Made by a program: the position numbers and the translations under genes
Notes under the pieces: model-generated
What the model was told of the DNA's origin: nothing
The model's database searches: none
What the model saw: the letters and a program-made list of their open reading frames with translations, nothing else
Source of the DNA: an uncultured Candidatus Binatia bacterium
GTDB taxonomy: Bacteria; Desulfobacterota; Binatia; UBA9968; CAXXLF01
Length of the DNA: 64,000 nt
Direction of reading: 5' to 3'
NCBI GenBank assembly: GCA_965218425.1
Contig: OZ244621.1
Coordinates: forward strand, 3,008,001 to 3,072,000
Shown: piece by piece, positions 39,901-49,932 of the stretch
How positions within the stretch are numbered: position 1 is the first letter of the stretch
Layout of the letters: each line of letters opens with the position of its first letter

Positions 39901-40626
39901 ATGGACGTCGTCATGTCGGAATCAAATGTAGGAACCTTTAATGAATATGAGAAATGGTGGGATCAGGAAGCGAAACCGCTATATGAGAAGTGGATGGCGC
40001 TGCCATTTTTTACTGACCTACGGGCTGGAAAACTCACGGAAGAACGACTCAAGACATGGCTGGGTAACTGGTACGGCCATGTGCAGGAAGGCGATATGCA
40101 TCGGGCTCTCCTGTGGTCCAGGCACCATTACATTCTCGGGCGGTTCCCCGAAATGGAGGAAATTGTTACCGAGAGAGCTGGAAAATCCCTCAACTATCCT
40201 TACCCGGGCGGGCAGGTGCGTGGCCTTCTCAAATTGAGCGACGCTTTGGGAGTGAGCCACCAGCAGTTACTTCAGTCCCGTACAGGCCCATTCACGGTTC
40301 ACCTCACCAGTTTTCTGAAATCCTTGTATCTGGAAGGAACCTTGGCAGAATCTGCCTCTCAACTCATTGGGGAAGAGTATCTTTTGCAATTTTGCGAACT
40401 ATTCCAGGAGGCCCTTGGCAAACCCCCTTTTAAACTCAAGGGCGATGCGTTGGACTATTTTAAATTTTGGAAAAGATGCTTGCTGATGGACCATGGCAGT
40501 CCAGGAAGGTTCCTTCTCAAGTCTCTTTTTGATAAAGGGCTGGTGGAGGAGCGACCCAACGCGGGTATCAGGCATGTGGGAAAGAGGTACGCCGAATATT
40601 TGATCCGAGTGTATCAAAGTCTTTAA
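39901..40626 (+). CDS. Heme-oxygenase-like fold protein with degenerate metal ligands
   Basis: Aligns with 40669 (TF..Y..W, PFF, PGG, DHG.PG..LL..L...GLV). The E/H ligands are replaced (KSL..PGGQ; YFKFWKRCL). Confidence 0.7.
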   Translation: MDVVMSESNVGTFNEYEKWWDQEAKPLYEKWMALPFFTDLRAGKLTEERLKTWLGNWYGHVQEGDMHRALLWSRHHYILGRFPEMEEIVTERAGKSLNYPYPGGQVRGLLKLSDALGVSHQQLLQSRTGPFTVHLTSFLKSLYLEGTLAESASQLIGEEYLLQFCELFQEALGKPPFKLKGDALDYFKFWKRCLLMDHGSPGRFLLKSLFDKGLVEERPNAGIRHVGKRYAEYLIRVYQSL

Positions 40627-40668
40627 TAACAGGCTTTTGCTATAAATTTTCTCTAAAGGGGACAACCT

Positions 40669-41436
40669 ATGGCCGGTGAGCTAGTGCAATTTCCTACCTT
40701 CCAGTCTTTTAAATCCTGGTTTGACGAAAAGACGAAGACTCATCCTTTTAAAACAGGGAAGGAGCGGGGGCGTTTTTATGATGATTTCGCCCAGGGAAAA
40801 GTCCCCAGGGATTTTTTGAAGGAGTATGCCAAGCAATACTATATCTTTATACAGCTAACCAATACCAACGTGACTTGGACCATTGTGAACTACCTGGATC
40901 TGTGGCGTAAAAACCCTGATCTCTACGATATCGTGGCTTCGAAGATCGGATCCGAGCTGGCTGACCCCAGACCAGGCGGCCATGGTCGTACCTATATAAA
41001 ATTCGCACGCTACCTGGGTCTGAAGGACGAAGACCTCCATTACTCAAAGCCCATCCCGGAGCTGGAGGCCCGTTTCAACACTGCCCTCGTTTACCGGTCG
41101 CAGAGTCCTGCGCTGACCGCAGTCAGGTGGATGTTGGAAGGATTTGTCGGATACAGCATGAAGTTTTGGCGTGACGTCCTGCATGAAAAATACGACATTC
41201 CCGATGAGCTGCTGGAGTATTGGGATATTCACGTAGTGGCAGATCTAGAGGAGCATGGACCAGAGGGCGAACTGCTACTTGCCAGGCTGTATAAACTCGG
41301 CCTGGTTAGGGAAGACGATTACGATGGAATGAAGGTGCAGGTGGATAGGGCTGTGGAAGGGGCGCGTCCAGGAAGCAAGACTCTCCCGTGGCCCGACGCC
41401 CTCTACGCCAGTTACTGTGAGCGCCACCCGCAATGA
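40669..41436 (+). CDS. Heme-oxygenase-like diiron (CADD/PqqC-like) redox enzyme
   Basis: HPF, EYAKQYY, SELADPRPGGH, EGFVG, YWDIHVVADLEEH. Confidence 0.8.
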   Translation: MAGELVQFPTFQSFKSWFDEKTKTHPFKTGKERGRFYDDFAQGKVPRDFLKEYAKQYYIFIQLTNTNVTWTIVNYLDLWRKNPDLYDIVASKIGSELADPRPGGHGRTYIKFARYLGLKDEDLHYSKPIPELEARFNTALVYRSQSPALTAVRWMLEGFVGYSMKFWRDVLHEKYDIPDELLEYWDIHVVADLEEHGPEGELLLARLYKLGLVREDDYDGMKVQVDRAVEGARPGSKTLPWPDALYASYCERHPQ

Positions 41437-41563
41437 GCAATGCGGGCAGTCAGAACAGAAGGCACCGTTCAAAAAAGGGAGTTTGTCTTCACCTGAGTTC
41501 TGATTGCGATGGTATTACCGGCGGAAACCGAATAGTCAATCAGATTTCCCGAAGAAAGGGGCA

Positions 41564-43120
41564 ATGATGATGAAACGAATTATGGTGATAACCGTTTGTT
41601 TCGGACTCCTTGTGGGTTTGGCACTGGAAGGCATTGCGGATCAGCCAAAGCGCGGTGGGACCCTTAGAATGGCCATCCGAAAAGACATCGATATTATGAA
41701 CCCGTTGGTCGGCACAAAGTCCACCGATGGGCGGATTCGCGAGCTGATGTTCGAGCCGTTGTTGGGGATCGACCTGCAAGGCAATGTCCACCCAAACCTG
41801 GCGGAGTCGTGGGAGATGTCTCAAGGCGGTAGGGTTTACACTTTCAAGCTCCGCAAAGGGGTGAAGTTCCACAACGGGAGAGAGATGACCGCAGAGGATG
41901 TAAAGTTTTCCATTGACTACACCCTGAACCCGAAGAATGGTGCCTACGGCTTGGTTCGGCTTGCCTTGTTAGACCGGGCGGAGGTGGTTGGCAAGTACCG
42001 CTTGAAGCTGTACCTGAAGAAAGCTGGCCCGGGTTTTCTCTCCGTGTTGACCAACATCCAAACCTTCTCAGTGGTTCCCAAAGAGTCACTGCCGGAGGGG
42101 ATCGAGAAACTCGTTAACTTTCCGCCCGGAACCGGTCCTTTTAAGCTGGTAGAATGGAAGCCTGGACGGCGAATCGTAATGGAACGTTACGACGACTACT
42201 GGGGGCATAAGGCTTATATCGATAAACTGGTTCTAAGGCCGGTGAGGGACGCGACGGTGCGTTTCACGGCGCTGCGGTCGGGAGATGTGGACTTGGTGGC
42301 ACGGACACCCCTGGAGTGGGTACGGCAGGTGGCCGACGGCAAGGTAAAGGGGGTCAAATTTTCTGCGGCTACTCATGCGGAATTTCGTAGCATTGAGTTC
42401 AACCTGGTTCGTCCGCCCTTTGACAACAAGAAGTTGCGCCAGGCCGTCGTCCATGCCGTTAATAAGAACGAGCTCCTGGAGGCCGGCTTCTTTGGCTTCG
42501 GCGATCCCACCGACCAAAAATACCCCAAAGGACATGCCTGGTACCTGGAGGGAGTGCCATCCTATACCTATGATCCCGATAAGGCGATGAAGCTGCTGAA
42601 AGAGGCCGGTTACAAAGGACAAGCCATCGAGATGTTGGTCCAACAGTCGGCGGCACGAGAGGCCGAGGCGGCCATGCTCCAGGCCCAGCTCAAGAAAGTG
42701 GGAATGAATATCAAGCTCGCTATGGTAGGACGTGGGGTCTACAATGCGCTCCTGCGCAAGGGCGAATTTTCCTTTCATGCCGGCGGTGGCAGCTACTACG
42801 CGGACCCTTCGATTACCTATGGGCCGGATCTCAGGTGTGCCCCGGACCTAAAGAAGCGCAGCAGCAATAACTCCGGATACTGCCGGCAGGAGATGGATAC
42901 CTTGCTCGATAAGGCGGAATCGGAATCGGATCCGGCTAAGAGAAAGATGCTGTTCAAACAGATCGTTAAGATATCAGTTGAAGATTTACCGGAAATGAAT
43001 ATTGGCTTTGGGCCACAGTTCTATACCTTCCGCGATTATATCAAGGGTTTTACCACTGACAGTGATGCTGCGTTTCGTTGGTGGGGAGGCGGGATAAGCC
43101 ACACGTGGATTGACAAGTAG
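41564..43120 (+). CDS. ABC substrate-binding protein, family 5 (DppA/OppA-like), orphan
   Basis: PNLAESW, YTFKLRKGVKFHNG..TAEDV, GTGPF, PFDNKKLRQA. Start is one of ATG 41564/41567/41570. Confidence 0.9.
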   Translation: MMMKRIMVITVCFGLLVGLALEGIADQPKRGGTLRMAIRKDIDIMNPLVGTKSTDGRIRELMFEPLLGIDLQGNVHPNLAESWEMSQGGRVYTFKLRKGVKFHNGREMTAEDVKFSIDYTLNPKNGAYGLVRLALLDRAEVVGKYRLKLYLKKAGPGFLSVLTNIQTFSVVPKESLPEGIEKLVNFPPGTGPFKLVEWKPGRRIVMERYDDYWGHKAYIDKLVLRPVRDATVRFTALRSGDVDLVARTPLEWVRQVADGKVKGVKFSAATHAEFRSIEFNLVRPPFDNKKLRQAVVHAVNKNELLEAGFFGFGDPTDQKYPKGHAWYLEGVPSYTYDPDKAMKLLKEAGYKGQAIEMLVQQSAAREAEAAMLQAQLKKVGMNIKLAMVGRGVYNALLRKGEFSFHAGGGSYYADPSITYGPDLRCAPDLKKRSSNNSGYCRQEMDTLLDKAESESDPAKRKMLFKQIVKISVEDLPEMNIGFGPQFYTFRDYIKGFTTDSDAAFRWWGGGISHTWIDK

Positions 43121-43163
43121 CCGCGGCCGCCGAGAGAATCAGTATCAAGCAAAGGGGTTTGCG

Positions 43164-44291
43164 ATGAAGCGTCCTGTGAGCATGACAAAGGTCCCTCCCA
43201 TGACCAGTTACGAGGAGTGGATGAAAGGAGAGGGGATACCCGTGATTGAGGCAGAAGGTGGGATTGAAGACGTTAAAGAGGTTGACCGTAAACCCTGGGC
43301 CCGTACCGGTGGTAAGGGGGCGTTAATTTATTTGAAGGGGTTGAAGCAATCAGGCTTTACCGGAATGTATGTGGGGGAAATCGACCCGGGAAAGGTCCTC
43401 AACCCCGAGCGGCATCTCTATGAGGAACTGATCTACATTCTGAAGGGTCAGGGGGCCACTGAGATCTGGCAGGAGGGCCAACCTAAGAAGACTTTTGAAT
43501 GGGGTGAGGGGAGCTTCTTCGCTCCTTCATTAAATGCCTGGCATCGATTATACAACGTGGGTAAGGAACCGGTAATTTTCCTCGGTGTTACCAATGCTCC
43601 CATAGTGATGGATCTCTACCACAATCCGGACTTTGTTTTTGGAGATAGTTTTAAGTTCACAGACCGGTATGACGGCGAAGAGGACTACTTCAAAACAGCC
43701 AATCGGGTGGAACGGGGCAAAGGGGAACACTTGGTCTTGGAAACGAATTTCATTTCTGATCTGAAAAGCGCCTTCGTGGATCCCCGCAAGCGGCCAAAAG
43801 GGGAGGGTGTCCGGATCATGGGATTCGAGATCTCAGAAAACATCCTCACCGGGCATATCTCTGAGTGGCCGGTGGGTATGTACCATAAGGCCCACTATCA
43901 TGGACCAGGTGCTATACTCCTTGGCTTGAAATCGAAAGGTTATGTCCTAATGTGGCCCAAAGAGTTAGGGACTACTCCCTTTAAGGACGGGTATGGGGAT
44001 CAAGTTCTCCGGATCAACTGGGGAGATGGGGCAGTCTATAGCCCGGGAAACGGCTGGTTCCATCAACACTTTAACACCGGGGTAGAACCGGCACGCCACA
44101 TCGCCTTTCGTACCGGCGGTGCAAAGTATCGCATTGGGCTTCGCGGCAGCGACAACACAAGGGCCACCGTCACCAGTATCAAAGAGGGAGGTGCCATGAT
44201 CGAGTACGAAGATGAGGACCCCCAGGTGAGGCGAGACTTTGAGGAGGCGTTGCGGGAGGCCGGGATTGCCTGTGAAATGCCAACCCTATGA
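43164..44291 (+). CDS. Bicupin, gentisate 1,2-dioxygenase-like
   Basis: PERHLYEE..LNAWH in domain 1; YHKAHYHG..WFHQHFN in domain 2; IEYEDEDP tail. Confidence 0.82.
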   Translation: MKRPVSMTKVPPMTSYEEWMKGEGIPVIEAEGGIEDVKEVDRKPWARTGGKGALIYLKGLKQSGFTGMYVGEIDPGKVLNPERHLYEELIYILKGQGATEIWQEGQPKKTFEWGEGSFFAPSLNAWHRLYNVGKEPVIFLGVTNAPIVMDLYHNPDFVFGDSFKFTDRYDGEEDYFKTANRVERGKGEHLVLETNFISDLKSAFVDPRKRPKGEGVRIMGFEISENILTGHISEWPVGMYHKAHYHGPGAILLGLKSKGYVLMWPKELGTTPFKDGYGDQVLRINWGDGAVYSPGNGWFHQHFNTGVEPARHIAFRTGGAKYRIGLRGSDNTRATVTSIKEGGAMIEYEDEDPQVRRDFEEALREAGIACEMPTL

Positions 44292-44448
44292 GAATTGTGG
44301 TTTTCGGAGCCAAGGGAGAGAGGACGGCCGGCCCCTTGGATACGAGCTAGTGTAAGGACCGCTCCCAATGAACGATCGAGAAGTTACCCTTCTGCGCCTT
44401 TGAAGCAGAGATCGGCCTGGTAAGAACGGTCTTCGCCAAGAAAAACCC

Positions 44449-45219
44449 ATGGACACACAGGCAACACAATTTCCAACTTTTGATTCGTTCAAGGTCTGGT
44501 TTGATGAGAAAACCAGGAGCCATCCATTTAGAACCGGCAAGATAGAAGGGCAGTTCCTGAAAGATTTTGTTCAGGGAAAGGTTCCCATTGACTTTCTCAA
44601 GCAGTACGTCCAACAAAATTATTTCTTCATCCAGAATACCAATGCCAGTTTGGCTTGGACACTCGTGAATCACCTTGATTTGTGGCGGCGACATCCCGAC
44701 CTTTACGATATGGTGGCCGCCAAGATAGGAGAGGAGTTTTGCGATCCTGGTCCGGGTGGTCATGGTCGCACCTATATTAAGTTCGCTCGCTATTTGGGTG
44801 TAAAAGACGAGGAACTTATCCATGCCAAGCCCATTCCTGAGATGGAAATCAGGTGGCTCAATGTAAGTAGCACATATCGCTCCCAACGACCCACTGTGTT
44901 AGCAGTGAGTTGGATCATGGAGGGGTTTGTTGGTTACGATATGAAGCTCTGGCGTGACATATTGCATGATAAGTATAGTGTCCCCGACGAATTCCTTGAG
45001 TTTTTTGATATTCATGTGAAGGCGGACCTTGAGGAGCATGGTCCCATGGGTGAGATGTTGCTGGCGAGACTCTATGAGCTGGGCTTGGTGCAGGAACAGG
45101 ACTACGACGAAATGAGGGCTTGGGTTGACAGGATCGGTAACGAAGCCCTGCAACGTGCCCGAGGCAACTCCTGGCGAGATGCCATCTATCTTCGATTCTG
45201 CGCAAGTCATGCCATCTGA
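44449..45219 (+). CDS. Heme-oxygenase-like diiron redox enzyme (paralog)
   Basis: EEFCDPGPGGH, EGFVG, FFDIHVKADLEEH. Confidence 0.8.
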   Translation: MDTQATQFPTFDSFKVWFDEKTRSHPFRTGKIEGQFLKDFVQGKVPIDFLKQYVQQNYFFIQNTNASLAWTLVNHLDLWRRHPDLYDMVAAKIGEEFCDPGPGGHGRTYIKFARYLGVKDEELIHAKPIPEMEIRWLNVSSTYRSQRPTVLAVSWIMEGFVGYDMKLWRDILHDKYSVPDEFLEFFDIHVKADLEEHGPMGEMLLARLYELGLVQEQDYDEMRAWVDRIGNEALQRARGNSWRDAIYLRFCASHAI

Positions 45220-45356
45220 CTCGACCATGGAATCCTGTCTTGAAAATCGGGTACTCGTGCTTTCATGACCTCTAGAACTCGTCAGGATATAATCTAGAAC
45301 CATTGTGATCTGCGAAATGGAAATGTACGTTGCGAGATCAAGGGAGGGCGAAAAAG

Positions 45357-46778
45357 ATGGCCTACAATGACTTAAGAGAATTTACCGATGCGCTTGAGCA
45401 GGAAGGTGAGCTACATCGCATTACCGTGCCGGTAGATCGCGAGTGGGAGGTGGGGGCCATATGTCGCGAAGTATCGGACCGAAATGGGCCGGCGTTGTTG
45501 TTCGAGCGGGTAGGGGATTTTACAACGCCGTTGGTTACAGGTGTCCTGGGGACCCGCAAGCGTTACGGGAAGGCTTTAGATGTGGGACCGGACATTTCGA
45601 GCATTTCAAAACGTTGGGAACAGGCCTATGCCTGTCCGGTTTCTCCGCGGGAAACCACAAAAGCATCTTGCAAGGAGGTGATCCTACGGGATGTTGATTT
45701 TTTCAAGGATCCGTTTCCCATTCCCCGTTGGCATCACCTGGATGGAAAGTACATGCTGGGGACCTATCATGCTGTGATCACCCAGGACCCGGAGACAGGC
45801 TGGATTAACCTGGGAACCTACAGGAACGCCATCTTTGAGCCCAATATCCTTGGCTGTGCTTCTTCACCACGCCGCCACCTCTGGCAGCACTGGAGCAAGT
45901 ACAAGGCCATGGGCCGACCTATGCCCATTGCCATTGCCATTGGATTGGATCCCTATCTCGCGCTTGTTACTGTCAGTGCGGTGCCCCCGGGTATTGGGGA
46001 CTATGCCGTTGCGGGTGGTCTCAAACGGGGTCCTATTGAAACCGTGAAGGCTGAGACCAGCGATCTTCTGGTTCCGGCCCATGCGGAAATGATTATTGAA
46101 GGGGAAATGCCCACGGATAAAACCTACGAGTCTTCGGACGGACCCTTTGGTGAATTCGCAGGTTACATGGGCGGATCACGACCTCGTCACTGGTACATCG
46201 ATGCAAAGATGGTAACCCATCGGCAGAGTCCAATTTTTCAGGGAACCTACGAGGGGCGTGCCCCAAACGAGAGCACCACGGTGCGGGCCACGGGTGGATC
46301 CATGGGTTTAAAACAGTTTCTGCAAAAGTCCGGGATACCTGGGGTCGTTGGTGCCTGCATAACCGAAGGTGGTTGCGGCACGTTCCATGCCGTAGTGAGC
46401 ATCCAGAAATCCTATCCGGGACAGGTCCAGGATATCTTAAGCCTCGTGTGGGGTATGCCCACCCTGTCTGTCAAGCTATGTATTGTCGTGGACGATGACG
46501 TTGATCCGTGGAATCCTCAAAAGGTTGAATGGGCTTTGGCGACTCGGATGCAAGCGAGTCGAGATGTTGAGATCATTCGTCATAGCCGGGGCCTGGCCCT
46601 GGATCCGTCGAAACCGCCTTCCAATAGCCTGCGGTCTGACAAAATGGGTATCGACGCGACAAGGCCAGAGTTCGAATACAAGCAGGAAGATCAGGAGTTC
46701 CCGGCCTCGGCGGATCCTAATCAAGAACACCTGGAGCAGGTGCGCGGTCGCTGGAGTGAGTACGGATTTCGTTTCTGA
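45357..46778 (+). CDS. UbiD-family (de)carboxylase
   Basis: AYNDLREF, NLGTYR, PAHAEMIIEG, DGPFGEF, VDDDVDP, LDPS, KMGIDAT. Confidence 0.92.
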   Translation: MAYNDLREFTDALEQEGELHRITVPVDREWEVGAICREVSDRNGPALLFERVGDFTTPLVTGVLGTRKRYGKALDVGPDISSISKRWEQAYACPVSPRETTKASCKEVILRDVDFFKDPFPIPRWHHLDGKYMLGTYHAVITQDPETGWINLGTYRNAIFEPNILGCASSPRRHLWQHWSKYKAMGRPMPIAIAIGLDPYLALVTVSAVPPGIGDYAVAGGLKRGPIETVKAETSDLLVPAHAEMIIEGEMPTDKTYESSDGPFGEFAGYMGGSRPRHWYIDAKMVTHRQSPIFQGTYEGRAPNESTTVRATGGSMGLKQFLQKSGIPGVVGACITEGGCGTFHAVVSIQKSYPGQVQDILSLVWGMPTLSVKLCIVVDDDVDPWNPQKVEWALATRMQASRDVEIIRHSRGLALDPSKPPSNSLRSDKMGIDATRPEFEYKQEDQEFPASADPNQEHLEQVRGRWSEYGFRF

Positions 46779-46840
46779 GAAGTTTTCAGTCTCTGGTAAC
46801 TTAACCGAAGAATTTCGCCAATTATCGCAGACGAAAAACA

Positions 46841-47058
46841 GCAAAGCGCATGGCGCAAAGCGTTAAGAAAACTTAACCGCAGACTCACGCAGATTAACGC
46901 AGACGAGAAATGGCAAAGACCAGAACGCAAAGCGTCCACTTTAAAGCCATCAGCTCTCAGCCTTCAGATCAGGACTTATGGTTACCATCTGCTAGCTTCT
47001 TTTTGTCTTGAAGTCCCGCCGTCAGTAGTCTTATTACGCTTTGCGCCATGCCCTTTGC
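46841..47058. repeat. Long inverted repeat with internal short repeats between convergent genes
   Basis: GCAAAGCGCATGGCGCAAAGCGT (46841) vs ACGCTTTGCGCCATGCCCTTTGC (ending 47058). Internal CGCAGA repeats, and CTCAG repeats within and just beyond it. Confidence 0.7.
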
Positions 47059-47134
47059 GCTTAGCTGTTTAGGCTCAGTCCTCAGTACCCTCTACTCAGT
47101 GCTGATCTCGCTGTGCGCCCTCTGTTGATACTCT

Positions 47135-49450
47135 TTACGGTTTTTCAACGGGCGGTTTGACCATTGGTTCACCGAGGGCGCGCCACACCCTTTCGCTTTT
47201 GAGAGGCACGTGCTTGATCCTCACGCCGGTGGCGTTAAAGACCGCATTGCACACTGCAGGGGCCACCCCAAGAATTCCTCCCTCACCCACTCCCTTGGCC
47301 CCGTAAGGTCCCGGCCCGCCGGTGTCCTCACGAATTCGACTGGTAAAAACATGCGGCAGGTCACGGAAGCGAGGCAACCGATAATCCACCAGGTTAGGGT
47401 TGGCGAGTCGCCCGTCTTCGTAGAGTAACTCTTCAAACAGGCTTAGCCCAATGCCGAACACCGCCGCCCCCTCATCCTGTCCCCGGCAATGCACCGGGTG
47501 GATCATTTTTCCTGCATCTGTCACAGAGACGTATTTTAGAATCCTGATGGCCCCCGTCCATTCATCCACCTCCACCTCCGCCCCGCCAAAACCCACCTCC
47601 CAAAAAGGAGAGCGTTGCCCGAGGGGGACGTTTTCATCCCGGGTCTGGTTAAAACTACCCTGCCCCACCACTTCGCCGCCGAAATTTGCAAAACACAGAC
47701 GCATGACCTCCGGCAAACTCAGACTTTTTTCTTTAACGATGATTCTCCCTTCCCTGAGCTGGACTTCTTCCACAGGGACTCCCATTGCAGCGGCGGCTCC
47801 CGTCACTAGTTGCCGGCGCGCGTCCTGGGCCGCGCGCTGTACCGCCTGGCCCATGACGATGGTGGCGCTGCTCGCGTTGGTGGAATGATCATAGGGGGTG
47901 GAGTGGGTGTCCAGTGCCGCCACTTCCACTTTGTCTGCTGGTAGAGTCAGCTCTTCGGCGGTGACCTGAAGCATGGTGGTGCGCACACCCTGACCGATCT
48001 CCACGGATCCGGTGGAAAGAACCGCGCTGCCGTCGCTCATGATCCGTACTGTGGCGCTGGCTGACTTTCCTGACCCGCCGCCGTCTTTAACCGCACAGGC
48101 GATTCCTTTACCCCGTTTGAATCGTGGGTTCTTAGGGGCCTCTGCTTTTTTGTCCCATCCGATGGTTTCCACCAGCTCGTCTAACATAGCCTTGAGATCG
48201 CAATCGATGGGGGTATCCCCCGCGGCGTATTCATCGCCGCGACCCAGGAGATTGCGGCGTCTCAGTTCGACGGGATCCATCTCCAGCCGATGGGCGATGA
48301 TGTCAGCCTGGGATTCATAGGCAAAGGCGGCTTGGTGCCCGCCGAAGCCGCGGAAGGCTCCTGCCGGAACCGTATTGGTGTATACCGCGTAGGAATCCGT
48401 TTGGACGTAAGGGAGATGATAGGGCCCGTGGGCTCGATAGCCGGCTTTCTCCGCTACCGACGGCGTGCTGTAAACATAGGCTCCCGCATTTAAATAGACC
48501 TGGGACTGGCGCGCGACAAAAGTCCCGTCCTTCTTAACTCCGGTTTTGACTACAATCTTTATTTGCGGCTGGCAGATGGTTTTGAAATTCTCATCGGCAC
48601 TGAAGGCTACTCGCACTGGCCGACCCACGTATTGGGATAATGCCACAGCAAGAATGGAGGTGAGCCCGCCTTTAGCTCCGCCGTAACCGCCTCCCACGTG
48701 GGGGACAATGACGCGGATATGGCTCAAGGGCAACCCAAAGACCCGGGAAATCTCCTGGCGGGCAGAAAATGGCGCCTGACTAGGGCTCCATACGGTAACG
48801 GAGTCCCCTTCGAAGCTGGCCACAGAGATAGTGGGTTCCATGGGGTAGTGTTGGGCCGTGGGATAAAGGAACTCATCCTCAAAGATGACATCGGATTGAC
48901 GGAACCCTTCGTTTATGTCGCTCCGCTCGTAATGGAAGTGGTGACATATATTACTGTGCTCGTGCACGATATAGCTGGCCCCGGCGCCGTAAGCGGGAGG
49001 ACGGCTGCGCTGGATCTTGTCATGAACCAGCGGTGCAGCAGGACTCAGCGCGTCATCGACAGACATTACAGAAGGCAGTTCCTCATAGTCCACCTCGATG
49101 GCCCTGAGGGCCTCTTCCGCCGCGGCTTCGTCCAAGGCGGCCACCGCTGCCACCACGTCGCCGGCGTAGCGCGCCTTTTCTATGGCGATAAACGGTTGAT
49201 CCTTGATCATGGCGCCGATGTAAGGGGTTTCCACTTTCAAGTTGTCGCGGGTCAGGACTCCGACAACGCCGGGAATGCTTTCCGCTTTGCGGGAGTCGAT
49301 GCTGCGAATCCGTGCATGGGGGTAGGGGCAGCGTAGAACCTTACCTTGAACCATGCCGGGTAATCTAAGATCACCGGTATAGAGAGCCTTACCTCTAACC
49401 TTCTCCTGTCCGTCCACCCGGGAAACGTTTTCACCAATGACCTTGCTCAG
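47135..49450 (-). CDS. Molybdopterin-binding large subunit, xanthine dehydrogenase family
   Basis: R.DG.EKV.G, VGGGYG, AFRGFG, EIGQG, KGVGE. Probable CTG start at 49450 after a GAGGAGG RBS. Confidence 0.9.
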   Translation of the reverse strand: MSKVIGENVSRVDGQEKVRGKALYTGDLRLPGMVQGKVLRCPYPHARIRSIDSRKAESIPGVVGVLTRDNLKVETPYIGAMIKDQPFIAIEKARYAGDVVAAVAALDEAAAEEALRAIEVDYEELPSVMSVDDALSPAAPLVHDKIQRSRPPAYGAGASYIVHEHSNICHHFHYERSDINEGFRQSDVIFEDEFLYPTAQHYPMEPTISVASFEGDSVTVWSPSQAPFSARQEISRVFGLPLSHIRVIVPHVGGGYGGAKGGLTSILAVALSQYVGRPVRVAFSADENFKTICQPQIKIVVKTGVKKDGTFVARQSQVYLNAGAYVYSTPSVAEKAGYRAHGPYHLPYVQTDSYAVYTNTVPAGAFRGFGGHQAAFAYESQADIIAHRLEMDPVELRRRNLLGRGDEYAAGDTPIDCDLKAMLDELVETIGWDKKAEAPKNPRFKRGKGIACAVKDGGGSGKSASATVRIMSDGSAVLSTGSVEIGQGVRTTMLQVTAEELTLPADKVEVAALDTHSTPYDHSTNASSATIVMGQAVQRAAQDARRQLVTGAAAAMGVPVEEVQLREGRIIVKEKSLSLPEVMRLCFANFGGEVVGQGSFNQTRDENVPLGQRSPFWEVGFGGAEVEVDEWTGAIRILKYVSVTDAGKMIHPVHCRGQDEGAAVFGIGLSLFEELLYEDGRLANPNLVDYRLPRFRDLPHVFTSRIREDTGGPGPYGAKGVGEGGILGVAPAVCNAVFNATGVRIKHVPLKSERVWRALGEPMVKPPVEKP

Positions 49451-49932
49451 GGGTTCCTCCTCAATTTCTCGGCGGCAGCCGTTACGGACTCGATAATCAT
49501 CTGGTATCCCGTGCAGCGGCAGAGGTTTGCGTCCATATACTCTCGGACTTCCTCTTCCGTGGGAACCTGTTTTTCGTCTAATAGCGATTTGGCCAACAGG
49601 ATCATGCCCGGCGTGCAAAAGCCGCATTGAAAACCGCCGCATTGAATAAAGGCTTCCTGAATGGGGTGAAGCCCTCCCTCAGGAGCAAGCCCTTCAATGG
49701 TAAGAACATCTTTGCCGTCCACGTCAAATGCAAATAGAGAACAGGAACTTGTGGCTTTGCCATTGACCAAGACGGTGCAGGATCCGCAGATCTCCATGTC
49801 ACAGGACCTCTTGGTGCCGGTAAGACCGAGGCGGTCACGGATCAAATCGATCAGAAGCTCCTGGGAAGGAACCTGCACGGCGTGCTGCTGGCCGTTCAGA
49901 CGAAAGCGGACGGAAACCACATTTTCATCCAT
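49447..49932 (-). CDS. [2Fe-2S] small subunit (CoxS-like)
   Basis: CDMEICGSC..C, QCGFCTPG, NLCRCTGY. Confidence 0.93.
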   Translation of the reverse strand: MDENVVSVRFRLNGQQHAVQVPSQELLIDLIRDRLGLTGTKRSCDMEICGSCTVLVNGKATSSCSLFAFDVDGKDVLTIEGLAPEGGLHPIQEAFIQCGGFQCGFCTPGMILLAKSLLDEKQVPTEEEVREYMDANLCRCTGYQMIIESVTAAAEKLRRNP

